Below are positions 1 through 9,554 of a stretch of DNA of 64,000 nt, in pieces. The stretch lies in IMG/VR virus record IMGVR_UViG_3300046536_000804, one strand, 5' to 3'. Source of the stretch: an uncultured virus (IMG/VR IMGVR_UViG_3300046536_000804) (Duplodnaviria; Heunggongvirae; Uroviricota; Caudoviricetes). Position numbers and translations under genes: made by a program. Numbering within the stretch: the first letter of the stretch is position 1; each line of letters begins with the position of its first letter. The notes beneath the pieces were generated by a model that saw only the letters and a program-made list of their open reading frames with translations, had not been told where the DNA came from and ran no database searches.

Positions 1-207
1 CACCGTCGGAGGCCGGCACAGCCTGCCGGTGCGGAGCAATACATTATTCCGCGCAGTGTACAAATGTCGGGTAGACATAAGTATCTTACGAAGAAAGACC
101 TTGTAATCAAATTGATGACACTTCTCGTCGGTGTATCAGATTGATGACAGTGTACACCCCCACCCTGACGGTGCGGAGCAGGAGGAAGAAGTAAATTCAT
201 GAGGTTG

Positions 208-447
208 TTAACTCTGCTCGCTGTACCAACGGTGACCTTCGTGACACTCCAGCAGCGCGCGCCCACTTTCATCACGATCTGGTCGTTGCGAGTTCCAGTC
301 GACATCGGTGTAGCCGTCATACTCAGCCTCGGCCGCACCTTTCTCCTCAGATTTATCAAAATTTAGCAGCGCGACACCGGTCAGGATCTCACACATGCCG
401 CGCGCAAGCCCGCCGCAGTCCGGACACCTCGGTGTTTCAAAGATCAC
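208..447 (-). CDS. small Zn-binding hypothetical protein
   Basis: 79 aa ORF with CPDC and CHEGH; overlaps the stop of the upstream gene. Confidence 0.55.
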   Translation of the reverse strand: MIFETPRCPDCGGLARGMCEILTGVALLNFDKSEEKGAAEAEYDGYTDVDWNSQRPDRDESGRALLECHEGHRWYSEQS

Positions 448-947
448 GGCGCCTCCTCTTCTAGCCGTTCACAGATCTCCTCGAGACCGTAAACCGTGTC
501 ATCAAAGACCTCAATGCCTAGCTTCGGCAGCTCACGTAACAAAATCCGATCCTCTGAACAGTCGTGATCAAGAACCAACCCTTGGTTTCGATCCAGTCCG
601 ACCTTCCGTAAGTCGATCTCGTGAACGCCTTCGATAGCCAGTGCCTCTGTAAGTCTTTCCTTGCCAAGGAGAAGCATCGCCACCGCCTCAGCTTCATCCT
701 TGGCGCTGAGATGAAAGGTTCGCAGCCAGATCTCGCGAACAGTCGCCTCAAACCGTTTAAGGGGTTTGACTTCCGGCTTATCGAACGATTGAAAGAACTC
801 TTGCTGCGCTGGCCATCTCCGGAACGGGTTTGGCGTTGACGGTGTGGTTGTGTTGTCCACCGGCATCGAGCTGGTGGTCGAACTATCGATCATCGGCTGT
901 CCGTTGCTCGACACGTAGACCTGGAACGTCTCAAAGAACATTGGCAT
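444..947 (-). CDS. hypothetical protein
   Basis: 167 aa ORF with GGAGGAG RBS upstream of the ATG. Confidence 0.6.
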   Translation of the reverse strand: MPMFFETFQVYVSSNGQPMIDSSTTSSMPVDNTTTPSTPNPFRRWPAQQEFFQSFDKPEVKPLKRFEATVREIWLRTFHLSAKDEAEAVAMLLLGKERLTEALAIEGVHEIDLRKVGLDRNQGLVLDHDCSEDRILLRELPKLGIEVFDDTVYGLEEICERLEEEAP

Positions 948-995
948 TGGTCTCCTCCGCTGCCGGGTTTGTTGATTTTGGTTGGGGCGAGGTTG

Positions 996-1064
996 AAAAC
1001 GACAAAAGACCCGTCAAATCCTCCAAGAGGCGTAATCGACGCCCTGGGAGGCCTGACGGGTCTT
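996..1064 (-). terminator. long imperfect hairpin with U-rich tail (terminator or RNase III-type site)
   Basis: AAGACCCGTCA...TGACGGGTCTT outer stem with further inner pairing, then TTGTCGTTTT on the minus strand. Confidence 0.55.
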
Positions 1065-1092
1065 GTGATCGGTATAACTTTATCCTACTTTA

Positions 1093-1953
1093 TCAGTAGT
1101 TAGTGTACAAACACTCCGTCATCACCTTCTTGGTGTCGGCGCCGGACGCGTGGTTGGCGATCGAGCACTCGTGGCGATTCCAACCGCAAGAAGTCGCCCA
1201 TTCGTCGTAGAGGTCGCTGCGATAGCCACTGAGCAGGAATCTGCCTTTGATATTACTCAGCGTGGCGAGCAGCTCAATATGTTGCTGCGCTGTCATCTCG
1301 TGCTCGTACACCTCAGGAGACGCCCTGGTCGATTTGAGGTAGGGCGGATCTAGGTAAAATAGCGTACGAGGACCGTCCTCGTCTTTGATAACGCCGATCG
1401 CGTCTTGCGCGTTCCTGACCACCACCCGCTTCAATCGCTCGTGCACCAGCGGCAAACCCTCTATAGCGTTGAGCCAGGCTGCGACCTGCTCGTTCATACC
1501 TCGGCGGGTTCTCTTCCGTGAGATGCTGGCGAAGTCTTTCATCCGACCGGTGAGAGATTGTCGGCACCGCACAAAGAAACGGTGCGCGACCTTGACTGGA
1601 TCGTCGCTCAGATCTTTGTAGTGGGCGACTGCCTCGTTGAACTCGCCTTCGGAGAACGGCGTCATCACACACAGCCGATGGAATTCTTCGAAACGAGTGG
1701 GCGACTGCAGGACACGCCAGAAGGTGGTCAACTGAGGGTTGATATCACTGACCAGCTCGCTGATTCCTTCCGGGTTGTTGGCCAGAAGAACCTGAAGCCC
1801 ACCAGCATAGGGCTCCACAAAATGCAAATAGCCAGGATCTCCTGGCTTAGGGTTGTTGGGGAGTTTCGCCCGCGGCGGGAAGTGGGCAATGATCCAGTCA
1901 GCTAGGTATTTTTTGCCGCCGTGAAATTTGATGGGACCTTCAGTCTTCGGCAT
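1093..1953 (-). CDS. dam: DNA adenine methyltransferase (Dam/D12 class)
   Basis: KFHGGKK, FVEPYAGG SAM-binding motif, catalytic YLDPPY. Confidence 0.9.
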   Translation of the reverse strand: MPKTEGPIKFHGGKKYLADWIIAHFPPRAKLPNNPKPGDPGYLHFVEPYAGGLQVLLANNPEGISELVSDINPQLTTFWRVLQSPTRFEEFHRLCVMTPFSEGEFNEAVAHYKDLSDDPVKVAHRFFVRCRQSLTGRMKDFASISRKRTRRGMNEQVAAWLNAIEGLPLVHERLKRVVVRNAQDAIGVIKDEDGPRTLFYLDPPYLKSTRASPEVYEHEMTAQQHIELLATLSNIKGRFLLSGYRSDLYDEWATSCGWNRHECSIANHASGADTKKVMTECLYTNY

Positions 1954-2027
1954 GCTTTCCTTTCTTTAGTTTCTGGGCGAGAAGTTTGGTTGGATATCTG
2001 GGTATTGCCGTCGGTCAGCATCTCTGT

Positions 2028-2096
2028 TCTTTGACCCGAACGAGAGGGTTGGCACGCACGCTTCTCGTCGCACTCTTTCACCCGAGGCGGAGGGTT
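2028..2096 (-). repeat. two tandem copies of the 23-nt motif AACCCT-N5-TCGGGT(G/C)AAAGA
   Basis: copies at 2028-2050 and 2074-2096, intergenic; four more copies elsewhere. Confidence 0.85.
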
Positions 2097-2104
2097 GGCT
2101 CAAC

Positions 2105-3592
2105 TCACTGGACGATATAGAGCTGCTTCGCGGCCCGGGTGAAGGCCGTGTAGATCATCCGCCGACGTTCCTGCGCGTTGCGGTTGTTGTAGATGTCGGG
2201 CGTGGCGATGTAAACGCGTTCGAACGTCGAGCCCTGGGCCTTGTGGACGGTACTCCAGTAGCACGGCTTCAGGTCGGCATACCGGTTGATGAACTGGTAG
2301 TACATCCGCCAGCGGCCGCTCCTGCCTTCCTTCGGCGGCCGTAGAGCATTCTGCCGCATCGCGTTGACGCGTTGGTCGTACACCACATGGTGCTTGGGAT
2401 CGATGACGAACAGCGTGCCGATGTCCGGTTCCAGCGAGTCGGTCAGCAGGTCGACCGTCAGGCGCCAGAAGTCCGCGTAGCCAGAGTCGTCGTTGCCGGT
2501 GTATCGCGTCGCCGTGATCACCTTGCACTCGTCCGAGGTGGCCATCAGGATGTCCTTGTCGTCGTTCGGATCGAAGACCGGACTGTTGGCGATAAGCACT
2601 TGCTCCGGCACGAAGGGCTCGGCGTTGTCGCCGTAGAGGTGCCGGTGGACAAGATCGTTGCCCCAGTCGACAGCCTTGTTGGTCCAGGCCAGAGCTCGCA
2701 CGAAGTTCGAATCCTCTTTGAACCTCGCGCTGCGGAAGTCAGTCAGCATCGAGTTGATCATCTGATCGCGGTTAACAAGGAAGACGCCTTCATCAGCAAC
2801 CTGAGTGTCGCCGGTGATGAATGGGTCCGTGTTCTGCTCCACCGAATCACGGATCTTGTTCACGCACTCCTGAATCGCACTGCCGTGCCGAACGATCTCT
2901 CGCAGAGTGACGCCGCCGGACAGATTGATCGTCGGCGAGCTCACCTCTTTGACGGGCGGCAACTGGGCTGGGTCGCCTACCCATACGATGACGTCGGTCT
3001 GGCAGATGCCGCGATCGCGGGTGTGGGCGTACAAATCACGGCCTACCATGGACGACTCGTCCACGATCAGTACGTCCACTGCGATCGGGTGCTTGCGTGT
3101 GTCCGGCTCGAAGATCTCTTCGCCAGTATCCTCGTTGAGCCGTGGCTTCAGGCCCATGAAGCTGTGGAGGGTGCCGAACCAGACCCGGTTATTTTTGGCC
3201 ACGGGCGAGAGCCGCTTCATGGCATGCACCGCCTTGTTGGTCGGCGCCGCACATCCGACAACGATGTCGGGATTCTTCAGCAGCTCCTTCACCAGCCGGC
3301 CAACGAGCCAGGTCTTGCCTGTTCCAGCAAAACCCCTGAGAGACAGCTCAGATTCGGTTTTCTCCTTCGTGATGCTGAGCAGGAGATAGTTGAACGCCAG
3401 CGTCTGGTCATTCGTCATCTTGTGGACGTACGGTTCCGGTACGACCTGGACGACTGCCGGCGCTGGTGCATTCTCCTCGGGTGGCGGTTCAGGCTCGTCC
3501 CAGGGTACTGAGTAGTGCCTCAGCGGCACCTGAAATATGTCAGGCTTCGCTGCTGGTTTCTGATCTTCAGGCGGGGTTGTCGGTTGCTCCAT
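2105..3592 (-). CDS. SF1B helicase (Dda/RecD-like)
   Basis: GFAGTGKT, AAPTNKA, IVDESSM, VGDPAQLPPV, STVHKAQGSTF, YTAFTRA. Confidence 0.92.
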   Translation of the reverse strand: MEQPTTPPEDQKPAAKPDIFQVPLRHYSVPWDEPEPPPEENAPAPAVVQVVPEPYVHKMTNDQTLAFNYLLLSITKEKTESELSLRGFAGTGKTWLVGRLVKELLKNPDIVVGCAAPTNKAVHAMKRLSPVAKNNRVWFGTLHSFMGLKPRLNEDTGEEIFEPDTRKHPIAVDVLIVDESSMVGRDLYAHTRDRGICQTDVIVWVGDPAQLPPVKEVSSPTINLSGGVTLREIVRHGSAIQECVNKIRDSVEQNTDPFITGDTQVADEGVFLVNRDQMINSMLTDFRSARFKEDSNFVRALAWTNKAVDWGNDLVHRHLYGDNAEPFVPEQVLIANSPVFDPNDDKDILMATSDECKVITATRYTGNDDSGYADFWRLTVDLLTDSLEPDIGTLFVIDPKHHVVYDQRVNAMRQNALRPPKEGRSGRWRMYYQFINRYADLKPCYWSTVHKAQGSTFERVYIATPDIYNNRNAQERRRMIYTAFTRAAKQLYIVQ

Positions 3593-3626
3593 CTGGTCCT
3601 CGGAAAAAGAATGGGCGATCGTTTGC

Positions 3627-4220
3627 TCACTTGAGCGGAAAGTCTTTCCACAGCTTCGACGCCTTCGGTCCGCGCTGTCCTTGATACTTGCCGGTGTACG
3701 GCGTCTGCTCGCCGACCAGCATTTCGTAGGCTATCTGGCAGATTGCTACGCCGGCATAGATACGTATCGGGTGAACCACGGTTAGCTCGAGGGTCCAGTC
3801 CCCCATGAATTTGCAGTCTCCGAACCCGGCGGTGAGATGCACCTGTACACCGAGGCGACCCACCGAGCTTCTTCCTTCGATGACCGGTGCAAAGCAGTGA
3901 GTTTCGGTGTATTCCGTCGTGCAACCAAGGAACAACCTGCCCGGATAGAGGATGATGCCGGTGGGAGGAATCTCTATCTCTTGCACCGGATTGTCTTTCG
4001 CCATATCGAGAATCCGGTCCGGATAGTCTGGAGACGGCACCAGCATGCTGTAGATACCGTAAAAACCGAGATTCACTTGCCCGTGTACATAGACGAGCAA
4101 CTTGTTGCTGAGGTGGAAGTTGTACGAATTTGGATTCAGGCATTTCTCGTCGAACGGGTCGATGACGATGTTGCCCAACTCAACCTGCCGCTTGATCTCC
4201 AGACCCGTCAAAATACTCAT
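3627..4220 (-). CDS. dcd: dCTP deaminase
   Basis: MSILTG...IVIDPF, NPNSY, EGRSSVGRLG, TAGFGD, WTLE, YTGKYQGQ. Confidence 0.92.
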   Translation of the reverse strand: MSILTGLEIKRQVELGNIVIDPFDEKCLNPNSYNFHLSNKLLVYVHGQVNLGFYGIYSMLVPSPDYPDRILDMAKDNPVQEIEIPPTGIILYPGRLFLGCTTEYTETHCFAPVIEGRSSVGRLGVQVHLTAGFGDCKFMGDWTLELTVVHPIRIYAGVAICQIAYEMLVGEQTPYTGKYQGQRGPKASKLWKDFPLK

Positions 4221-4866
4221 ACTGTTCGCTCCTTTGCTGTTGGCGTCGTTTTGCTAACTGAGCATCGACGACGAGGTACTTCCAAAACTTCTCGACGAAC
4301 ATCGACGTCAAGTTGGCCAGCCGCCTCAACTCGTTGACCGCCGAGACGTCGCCCGAATCGTCGTCGGATAGTTTAGCGAACCGGGCGGTCAAGCGGCGTT
4401 TGGCTTCTTCAGGATCGTGCAAGTAACGACTCGAGCAGACGTTGAGGATACGCTTCAAGTCTCGCTTGTTAGCCAGCGCGTTCTCCTCCGGGTTCTTCGA
4501 GAAACCCTTCGGCGAGGCCATCCTCAGGCGATTGATAAAATGCCGACGAGACTTGCGTAAAGCCACAGTATTTTCTGGCATTTCTTTTAGCGCCTTGAGG
4601 TGCGCCTTCTTTTGCGTCTCCGTAGCGATACGGTATCGCTTCGCCTTCGTCCGGATCAGATCGCCGCGGGTCACCAGGCCGAACCGGCCCATCAAGCTGG
4701 ACAGGATCTTGTTGGAGTCGGGATACTGGTCCTCGTAGCCTTCCAGGCCGAACAACTTCTGGTTGGCCGACCAAGCTAGTACCACGATCTCCTCCGCAGT
4801 GAAGTTCTGCTCTCGATACGGATCTGCTTCCAGTAGGCACTTCATAATCAGGTCACAGTTGCTCAC
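4180..4866 (-). CDS. hypothetical protein (possible winged-helix N-terminus)
   Basis: 228 aa ORF coupled to its neighbours; EEIVVLAW...FGLEGY...YPDSNK segment. Confidence 0.55.
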   Translation of the reverse strand: MSNCDLIMKCLLEADPYREQNFTAEEIVVLAWSANQKLFGLEGYEDQYPDSNKILSSLMGRFGLVTRGDLIRTKAKRYRIATETQKKAHLKALKEMPENTVALRKSRRHFINRLRMASPKGFSKNPEENALANKRDLKRILNVCSSRYLHDPEEAKRRLTARFAKLSDDDSGDVSAVNELRRLANLTSMFVEKFWKYLVVDAQLAKRRQQQRSEQYEYFDGSGDQAAG

Positions 4867-5477
4867 GGTGGGTCTCCCTGGACAGCCGTTGCCGAGTCAG
4901 TCTCGGTGAAAGTGTCCGTCAGGCCGGGTAACGTAACACCGGCAACGATATCCATGCTCTTCCGGCAGGTGCCGGCCAGATGATCCGCCAGCCGGTTGAG
5001 GCCTAGCACGCTCCGCGGCACCCACCGCCACTCCAGAAGGAAGCCTCGTTCTGCGACGGCTTCGATCATGGCCCAGTAGTAGTTGCCGGTCTTGCGAGAC
5101 GCCAGGCCGGCGCCTTGTTTCGAGAGAAGCTCACTATCTGTGATGGCGCCGATGCGGACCACACTGCTGGCCCGCAGACGCATCTTGGTGGTGAGCCGCT
5201 CGCGGCCTGGCCCTTCGATGTACCACGACAACGCGTGCACGTACGGAATGAGTTCGGCTAGATAGGACGTGCCGAAGTTCATGGCGCCGTAGAGGTGCTT
5301 ACGCTCTCTGCTGTGGAGATCGAGAAAGGTAGCTGCCCAGCCGCACGACTTGGCCCAGGTGGTGCCTGATCCGTCCGAGACGATCAGCGCGTCGCAGGTG
5401 TCCAGGTGAAGCTCAGCCAGCGTACTGGGCAGCAACGGATCGTTGATGCACAGGTCGAGGTCGATGTGCTTGTTCAC
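4863..5477 (-). CDS. ribonuclease H-like protein
   Basis: IVSDGSG, AEL, ITDSE, WVPRS, NRLADHLA; GTG start overlaps the upstream TGA. Confidence 0.8.
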   Translation of the reverse strand: MNKHIDLDLCINDPLLPSTLAELHLDTCDALIVSDGSGTTWAKSCGWAATFLDLHSRERKHLYGAMNFGTSYLAELIPYVHALSWYIEGPGRERLTTKMRLRASSVVRIGAITDSELLSKQGAGLASRKTGNYYWAMIEAVAERGFLLEWRWVPRSVLGLNRLADHLAGTCRKSMDIVAGVTLPGLTDTFTETDSATAVQGDPP

Positions 5478-5716
5478 GTTTTCTCCTCCGCGATCGGATA
5501 CTTCTTCATGGCGGCAGCAATCGCCTCGCGCAGCGTGCTGCCGACTTCGGGCGTCTTGTTCTGCAGCTCCACCTGAAAGGAGCGGGCCGACCAATCCGGT
5601 CGGCCATTGCGTCGGCCGGCAAGGTAGACCTCGACGTAACCGGTGGCCGGTCGCATCAATTCCTCCAGGTAGTCGATCATCTGCTCGTCTGTCGGGTGCG
5701 TGTCATCGTGTTCCAT
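5474..5716 (-). CDS. hypothetical protein
   Basis: 80 aa ORF with AAGGAAG RBS. Confidence 0.55.
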   Translation of the reverse strand: MEHDDTHPTDEQMIDYLEELMRPATGYVEVYLAGRRNGRPDWSARSFQVELQNKTPEVGSTLREAIAAAMKKYPIAEEKT

Positions 5717-5736
5717 ACCCGTCTTCCTTTCCCAAC

Positions 5737-5759
5737 TCTTTCACCGGAGCGGGACGGTT
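5737..5759 (-). repeat. 23-nt motif copy with compensatory change (AACCGT-N5-TCCGGTGAAAGA)
   Basis: same length and consensus as the other copies; ACCG/CGGT replaces ACCC/GGGT. Confidence 0.75.
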
Positions 5760-5973
5760 AGTCGGCCAAGCCGAAGTTGCTTTCATGGGCTGCGAGAGTT
5801 GTTTCGATCTCGTTGGCCAGCCGTAAGGCATAGTGGCGAATGTCTCCAAGCTGAACTAGCTCGTCTTCCGTCCAGTGTTGTTCCTCTGGAAGCTCTGAAA
5901 GTGCCTCGGTCATAGCTGCACAGTCTTCACGAACAGTTCCGAATGCCGGCTTCGTCGGCTTTTTGTTAGCCAT
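5758..5973 (-). CDS. hypothetical protein
   Basis: 71 aa ORF with AGGAG RBS. Confidence 0.55.
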   Translation of the reverse strand: MANKKPTKPAFGTVREDCAAMTEALSELPEEQHWTEDELVQLGDIRHYALRLANEIETTLAAHESNFGLAD

Positions 5974-5976
5974 TGG

Positions 5977-6252
5977 TCACTCCTGATCAGCAGCCAGACG
6001 GATCTCGATCATCTCACGGACACGATCCGTGATGTCAACATCCAGCCGTCGCGAGGGAACATAGGAGATCGCACCATTCTTGCACACCTTGGTCAACGCG
6101 TCTTTGCAGGCGCCGGGCTGCGTCCACGACAATTCGAATCGGTGCAGTACGTCATCAATCTGCAAAAGGTCTTCGACCGGTGTGTCTCGCAGCAACACTG
6201 CGAGCTCGGTTGTCATATTGAGGATCTCAGCGGCTCTCTTGCTGAATTCCAT
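5977..6252 (-). CDS. hypothetical protein
   Basis: 91 aa ORF with GGAG RBS. Confidence 0.55.
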   Translation of the reverse strand: MEFSKRAAEILNMTTELAVLLRDTPVEDLLQIDDVLHRFELSWTQPGACKDALTKVCKNGAISYVPSRRLDVDITDRVREMIEIRLAADQE

Positions 6253-6267
6253 GAATCGGTTCTCCGG

Positions 6268-6747
6268 CTATAGGGTCGAATGTGAAGAATCGAAGATCCT
6301 CGCCGTGTTTTCCATGATCCGCACCAGTTGCGGATTGATGTGGAACCGGGTGGAGTTCACCTCGATGGATTTGAGGATGTTGCCATTGTTGTGGCGTTCG
6401 CTGGCGGCCTTCCAGTCGACGAACATCTCCAGGATGTCGAGCAACGTCATGTCGTCGATACCGTTTTTGTGATGCTCTGGGTGGTGAGCGTTCCTCGCAT
6501 AGTGATGATCCAAGGCAGGCTTCAGCGCTTTGCGGAATCCTTCGTACTCTTCAGAGCCGTACGTACAGGCTGCGAGTTTCGGCGTCCACTCGGTGAACAG
6601 CTCGACTTCGGGGGACTCGAGCTTCGACTGGTCGTGTTCTTCTCCTCGACGGAGGAGGTCGGCGACAAAAAGGTTTAGCAGGTTACGCACCCGCTCGATG
6701 TGCCGCATGGTGGTGTAGTTCGTTGATTGCTGTTCGAGGGTTAGCAC
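6268..6747 (-). CDS. DUF5662-like (HD-related) protein
   Basis: HDQSK, HHYARNAHHPEH, EMFVDWKAA; GTG start after AGGAG. Confidence 0.75.
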   Translation of the reverse strand: MLTLEQQSTNYTTMRHIERVRNLLNLFVADLLRRGEEHDQSKLESPEVELFTEWTPKLAACTYGSEEYEGFRKALKPALDHHYARNAHHPEHHKNGIDDMTLLDILEMFVDWKAASERHNNGNILKSIEVNSTRFHINPQLVRIMENTARIFDSSHSTL

Positions 6748-7154
6748 TGTTTCTCCTGCTTGGTTTCTGGCGGCCGGTAGGAGGTTACTTCGCCCTCTAC
6801 CCCACGCCACGGCTCGGTGACCATCACCTTGCCCTGTTCGTTGATTACTCTCCACCGGTTCGACCGGCGGAAATGAAAGAAGATGGTCCACACCGGACCA
6901 TTCGGTAGCTCCAGACGATGATAGGTCGTTGCTGGCAAGAAGTGAAGAAGACGCCTGATCCTTGGTCTATCTCCATATCGTTGCTCGAGATACGAGCCGA
7001 TGATCAGGCTGATCCCTGACCAGGGATGGTTGTGGTAGACGCCCTTCTCTTCGTCGCAGTGCAACCGGTGAAGGAAGACTGCAAAGCCGAAAAGGGAGAT
7101 CAGGTAGTAGCGGTCACAGGTATCGCGGCGAGAGACTTTGACGGGGCACCACAT
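6741..7154 (-). CDS. cupin-fold protein
   Basis: HNHPW, GSYLE, YHRLEL, WTIFF; TAATG coupling to the upstream gene. Confidence 0.65.
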   Translation of the reverse strand: MWCPVKVSRRDTCDRYYLISLFGFAVFLHRLHCDEEKGVYHNHPWSGISLIIGSYLEQRYGDRPRIRRLLHFLPATTYHRLELPNGPVWTIFFHFRRSNRWRVINEQGKVMVTEPWRGVEGEVTSYRPPETKQEKQC

Positions 7155-7699
7155 TATTCCATCCTTAACGCTTTCATTACACGACGAATGTCGCCTCGGG
7201 TCGGGTCGGCCCACATCGAGTTAATACCACTCAGTGGCGCGATGCACAGACTGTAGGTGGCCGTCTTCGTCTTACCGTCTTTCGATGTCGTCACGAAGCG
7301 GGTACGCCACCATAACGGACCTTTCTCGAGCGATACCCAGTCCTGGTCGGCCAGGTTGACGGGTCGACACTCGGTGAAACCGATATGACGCAGCCATGCT
7401 TCGTCAGCGAGTCGCTCGTCGTCATCGTTTTCATCGACGTAAGCGTTGGCGATCCGCACAAGAGCATTGACCACCTTTGTCAATTCTTCGTCATGGAAGA
7501 CGAACGCGGTTCGGTCTTCCTGCTTGGCGGTCCACTCGCGAAATAGCTTGAGCGATTCTCGGAGTTTGTCCGATTTGTTATTCGGTTCTGCAAGAGCAGC
7601 CCGCTCGCTGCACCGCGGACACGGATAGCCGATGCAGTCCGATCCCATGAACCGGGTGTGACAGATAGGACAGCTTTGCTCGACTGGCATCACCATCAC
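7154..7699 (-). CDS. hypothetical protein with N-terminal Zn ribbon
   Basis: CPIC...CPRC. Confidence 0.55.
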   Translation of the reverse strand: MMVMPVEQSCPICHTRFMGSDCIGYPCPRCSERAALAEPNNKSDKLRESLKLFREWTAKQEDRTAFVFHDEELTKVVNALVRIANAYVDENDDDERLADEAWLRHIGFTECRPVNLADQDWVSLEKGPLWWRTRFVTTSKDGKTKTATYSLCIAPLSGINSMWADPTRGDIRRVMKALRME

Positions 7700-8028
7700 T
7701 TTTTTCCTTTCGTTGTATCAGGGAAAAGTAGCTCTTCGTAGCAGTATTCGAAATTGAAATCGCAATCCTTCGCTGTGCATTCAGCCTCGTAATGAACGAG
7801 AAACTTGGCAGGGTCGCCAAATTCCGCAGGTAAGCATCTGACCGTTATAAACTGTTCTCGCAGCATCTCACTTAGCGCAACCTCCTTGTCAACACTCGGT
7901 TTGGCTGCCAGCCACTCTGCGGCAGGTATTTTACCGTAATCATCCTTGTGCTTCTGCTGTTGCAAAGCTTTCGCTGCCCGTGCCTTCATCAGGCACTTCG
8001 GGCAGACACTCCACCGATCGGCCACCAT
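7696..8028 (-). CDS. hypothetical Zn-binding protein
   Basis: CPKC and CTAKDC; AGGAG RBS before the ATG at 8028. Confidence 0.55.
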   Translation of the reverse strand: MVADRWSVCPKCLMKARAAKALQQQKHKDDYGKIPAAEWLAAKPSVDKEVALSEMLREQFITVRCLPAEFGDPAKFLVHYEAECTAKDCDFNFEYCYEELLFPDTTKGKK

Positions 8029-8218
8029 GATCGTCTCCTGACTTTGAGTTTGCAAGAGCGAGTCGCCTCGCCCAGGCTTTCTTCAGCTTGACAAGACGCC
8101 TTATCTCTTCGGTGATTAGGTTGATCTGTAACGCTGCAAAGGACTTGGCGAGCTTGATCTCGACCGGAGTCTCCGGGCAACGTAGCGTATCTGGGTTGAG
8201 ACTGCTGATCATCGTCAT
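7940..8218 (-). CDS. hypothetical protein
   Basis: ATGA-coupled start, but a long 3' overlap with the next gene. Confidence 0.4.
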   Translation of the reverse strand: MTMISSLNPDTLRCPETPVEIKLAKSFAALQINLITEEIRRLVKLKKAWARRLALANSKSGDDHGGRSVECLPEVPDEGTGSESFATAEAQG

Positions 8219-8490
8219 CCCCTTTGTTGTTTGGCTCGTTTGATCGCACGATCGATCGCATCGCGAATGTTTTTGCCATCGAAGAAGCAGTCCGCCAGAT
8301 TATTACCTGGAGCACCGAGGACGACGACTGATGACTGATCGTGTAGCCAGTCAAGACGTTCGGCATCTTTGGTCAGGCGTTCGTTTTCTTCGATGAGTTG
8401 TTTTACCTGCTTTCGCAAGCAGTTAGGACACGAGCCACCATGGATCGCCGCGGCGATCTTGCTATTCTCGGTGTGTCTGCACTCCTTCAT
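8215..8490 (-). CDS. hypothetical coiled-coil protein
   Basis: ATG at 8490 coupled to the upstream stop; KDAERLDWL...IRDAIDRAI. Confidence 0.55.
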   Translation of the reverse strand: MKECRHTENSKIAAAIHGGSCPNCLRKQVKQLIEENERLTKDAERLDWLHDQSSVVVLGAPGNNLADCFFDGKNIRDAIDRAIKRAKQQRG

Positions 8491-8897
8491 AGATCTCTCC
8501 TCACGCCTTCCAGAGCCGCCTTGAGGATAAGTCGACGCATGATCTCGCCATCCGCAGATGGATGATGACGCCCGACAGCGGCGAGCACGTCCCCTTCTCG
8601 GTTCCTCAGAATGAACGTGCAACTGAACGACTTGCTGGCGAACATGATGAATTCCCAGCCGATGATGCGCATATGATCGATCACCATCCAGCAATCGTCC
8701 CAGCGGTCGATCGGCATGAACAAGTTGAGAACGATTCCCGGTGGCGGCGAACCACCGCATTCGATGAATTTTCGTCCCATCACCGTTCGGTACGATAACA
8801 TCGGCCCCCAGTTCATGACCTCAACTGCGACGTCCTGTACGAGGCTTTCGTCGGCGGCCGTCTGTTCGATGTAACTTTTTCCCGCTTGATTTTCCAC
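8487..8897 (-). CDS. phage ABA-sandwich/NinX-like protein
   Basis: VAVEVMNW...FMPIDRWDDCWMVID...LILKAAL pattern. Confidence 0.55.
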   Translation of the reverse strand: MENQAGKSYIEQTAADESLVQDVAVEVMNWGPMLSYRTVMGRKFIECGGSPPPGIVLNLFMPIDRWDDCWMVIDHMRIIGWEFIMFASKSFSCTFILRNREGDVLAAVGRHHPSADGEIMRRLILKAALEGVRRDL

Positions 8898-9240
8898 GGT
8901 TGACCTTCTTTCTTGTTGCTTCTGCCATTTTGCGGTTGGTTTCCATCACGACCTCGTGCCAGGCAGCCTCCAGCCTTGGCAAGAAATTGCCCGAATCGAT
9001 CAAAGACGCCACGCTTCTGGCGATCCGGAACAGGCGATTCAGTATCTTCAGATTTACCGGAGACACATCGTCCGCGTCGAAGCTGATCGTCGTGGTATCA
9101 CTACCATTCTTTTCGACCTCGATGACGACGTTATCCTGGCTGAGCCAGACTGAGATAAAGCCTTCGTCAGAACAGTGGTCCTCGAGATCGACGTCCTCAG
9201 GGATGATGTCATTGAACTCGTCGTTCATCCATTTGCTCAT
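8821..9240 (-). CDS. hypothetical protein
   Basis: AAGGAG RBS before the ATG at 9240. Confidence 0.55.
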   Translation of the reverse strand: MSKWMNDEFNDIIPEDVDLEDHCSDEGFISVWLSQDNVVIEVEKNGSDTTTISFDADDVSPVNLKILNRLFRIARSVASLIDSGNFLPRLEAAWHEVVMETNRKMAEATRKKVNRGKSSGKKLHRTDGRRRKPRTGRRS

Positions 9241-9254
9241 GTTCGCTCCTTGGG

Positions 9255-9288
9255 AAAATACTCCCCTCGACCGCAAGGCCGAGGGGAG
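9255..9288 (-). terminator. GC-rich hairpin, possible terminator
   Basis: CTCCCCTCG...CGAGGGGAG followed by TATTTT on the minus strand. Confidence 0.5.
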
Positions 9289-9363
9289 TTGCTAATTAGG
9301 GGTCAACAGGACCGGGTCCGGGTCAAAGCTCACCCAGCACGGCGGGAAACGTATCCCACCCCC

Positions 9364-9519
9364 TCAAACTAACCGGGAAAACAGGGTAGGCAAAAACCAG
9401 GTGACGGATACGGTGACCAAGAGGGTCGACCAACCACCGCCAGCAATGCCGACCACAACACCGGTTGCAACGAACAGGAGCGACAGCTTGCTAAGAAGAC
9501 TGTCAGCGAACGGAGGCAT
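9364..9519 (-). CDS. small hydrophobic (membrane) protein
   Basis: about 51 aa with two hydrophobic stretches; start uncertain. Confidence 0.35.
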   Translation of the reverse strand: MPPFADSLLSKLSLLFVATGVVVGIAGGGWSTLLVTVSVTWFLPTLFSRLV

Positions 9520-9554
9520 AGGGATGCCCCTTTCATGAGTCGCGCCGAAGGGCG

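Noticed and set aside
25..185. Short direct repeats (CGGTGCGGAGCA, ATTGATGACA, CAGTGTACA) at the window start
   Set aside because: Only two copies each and the context is truncated; not enough to call an origin or operator
2028..2096. CRISPR mini-array
   Set aside because: Only two copies with a variable centre, other copies dispersed, and no cas genes
2372..3511. 379-aa plus-strand ORF
   Set aside because: Antisense to the helicase gene
9310..9330. Partial plus-strand match to the 23-nt motif (CCGGGTCAAAGC)
   Set aside because: Lacks the AACCCT half at the right spacing and has the opposite orientation
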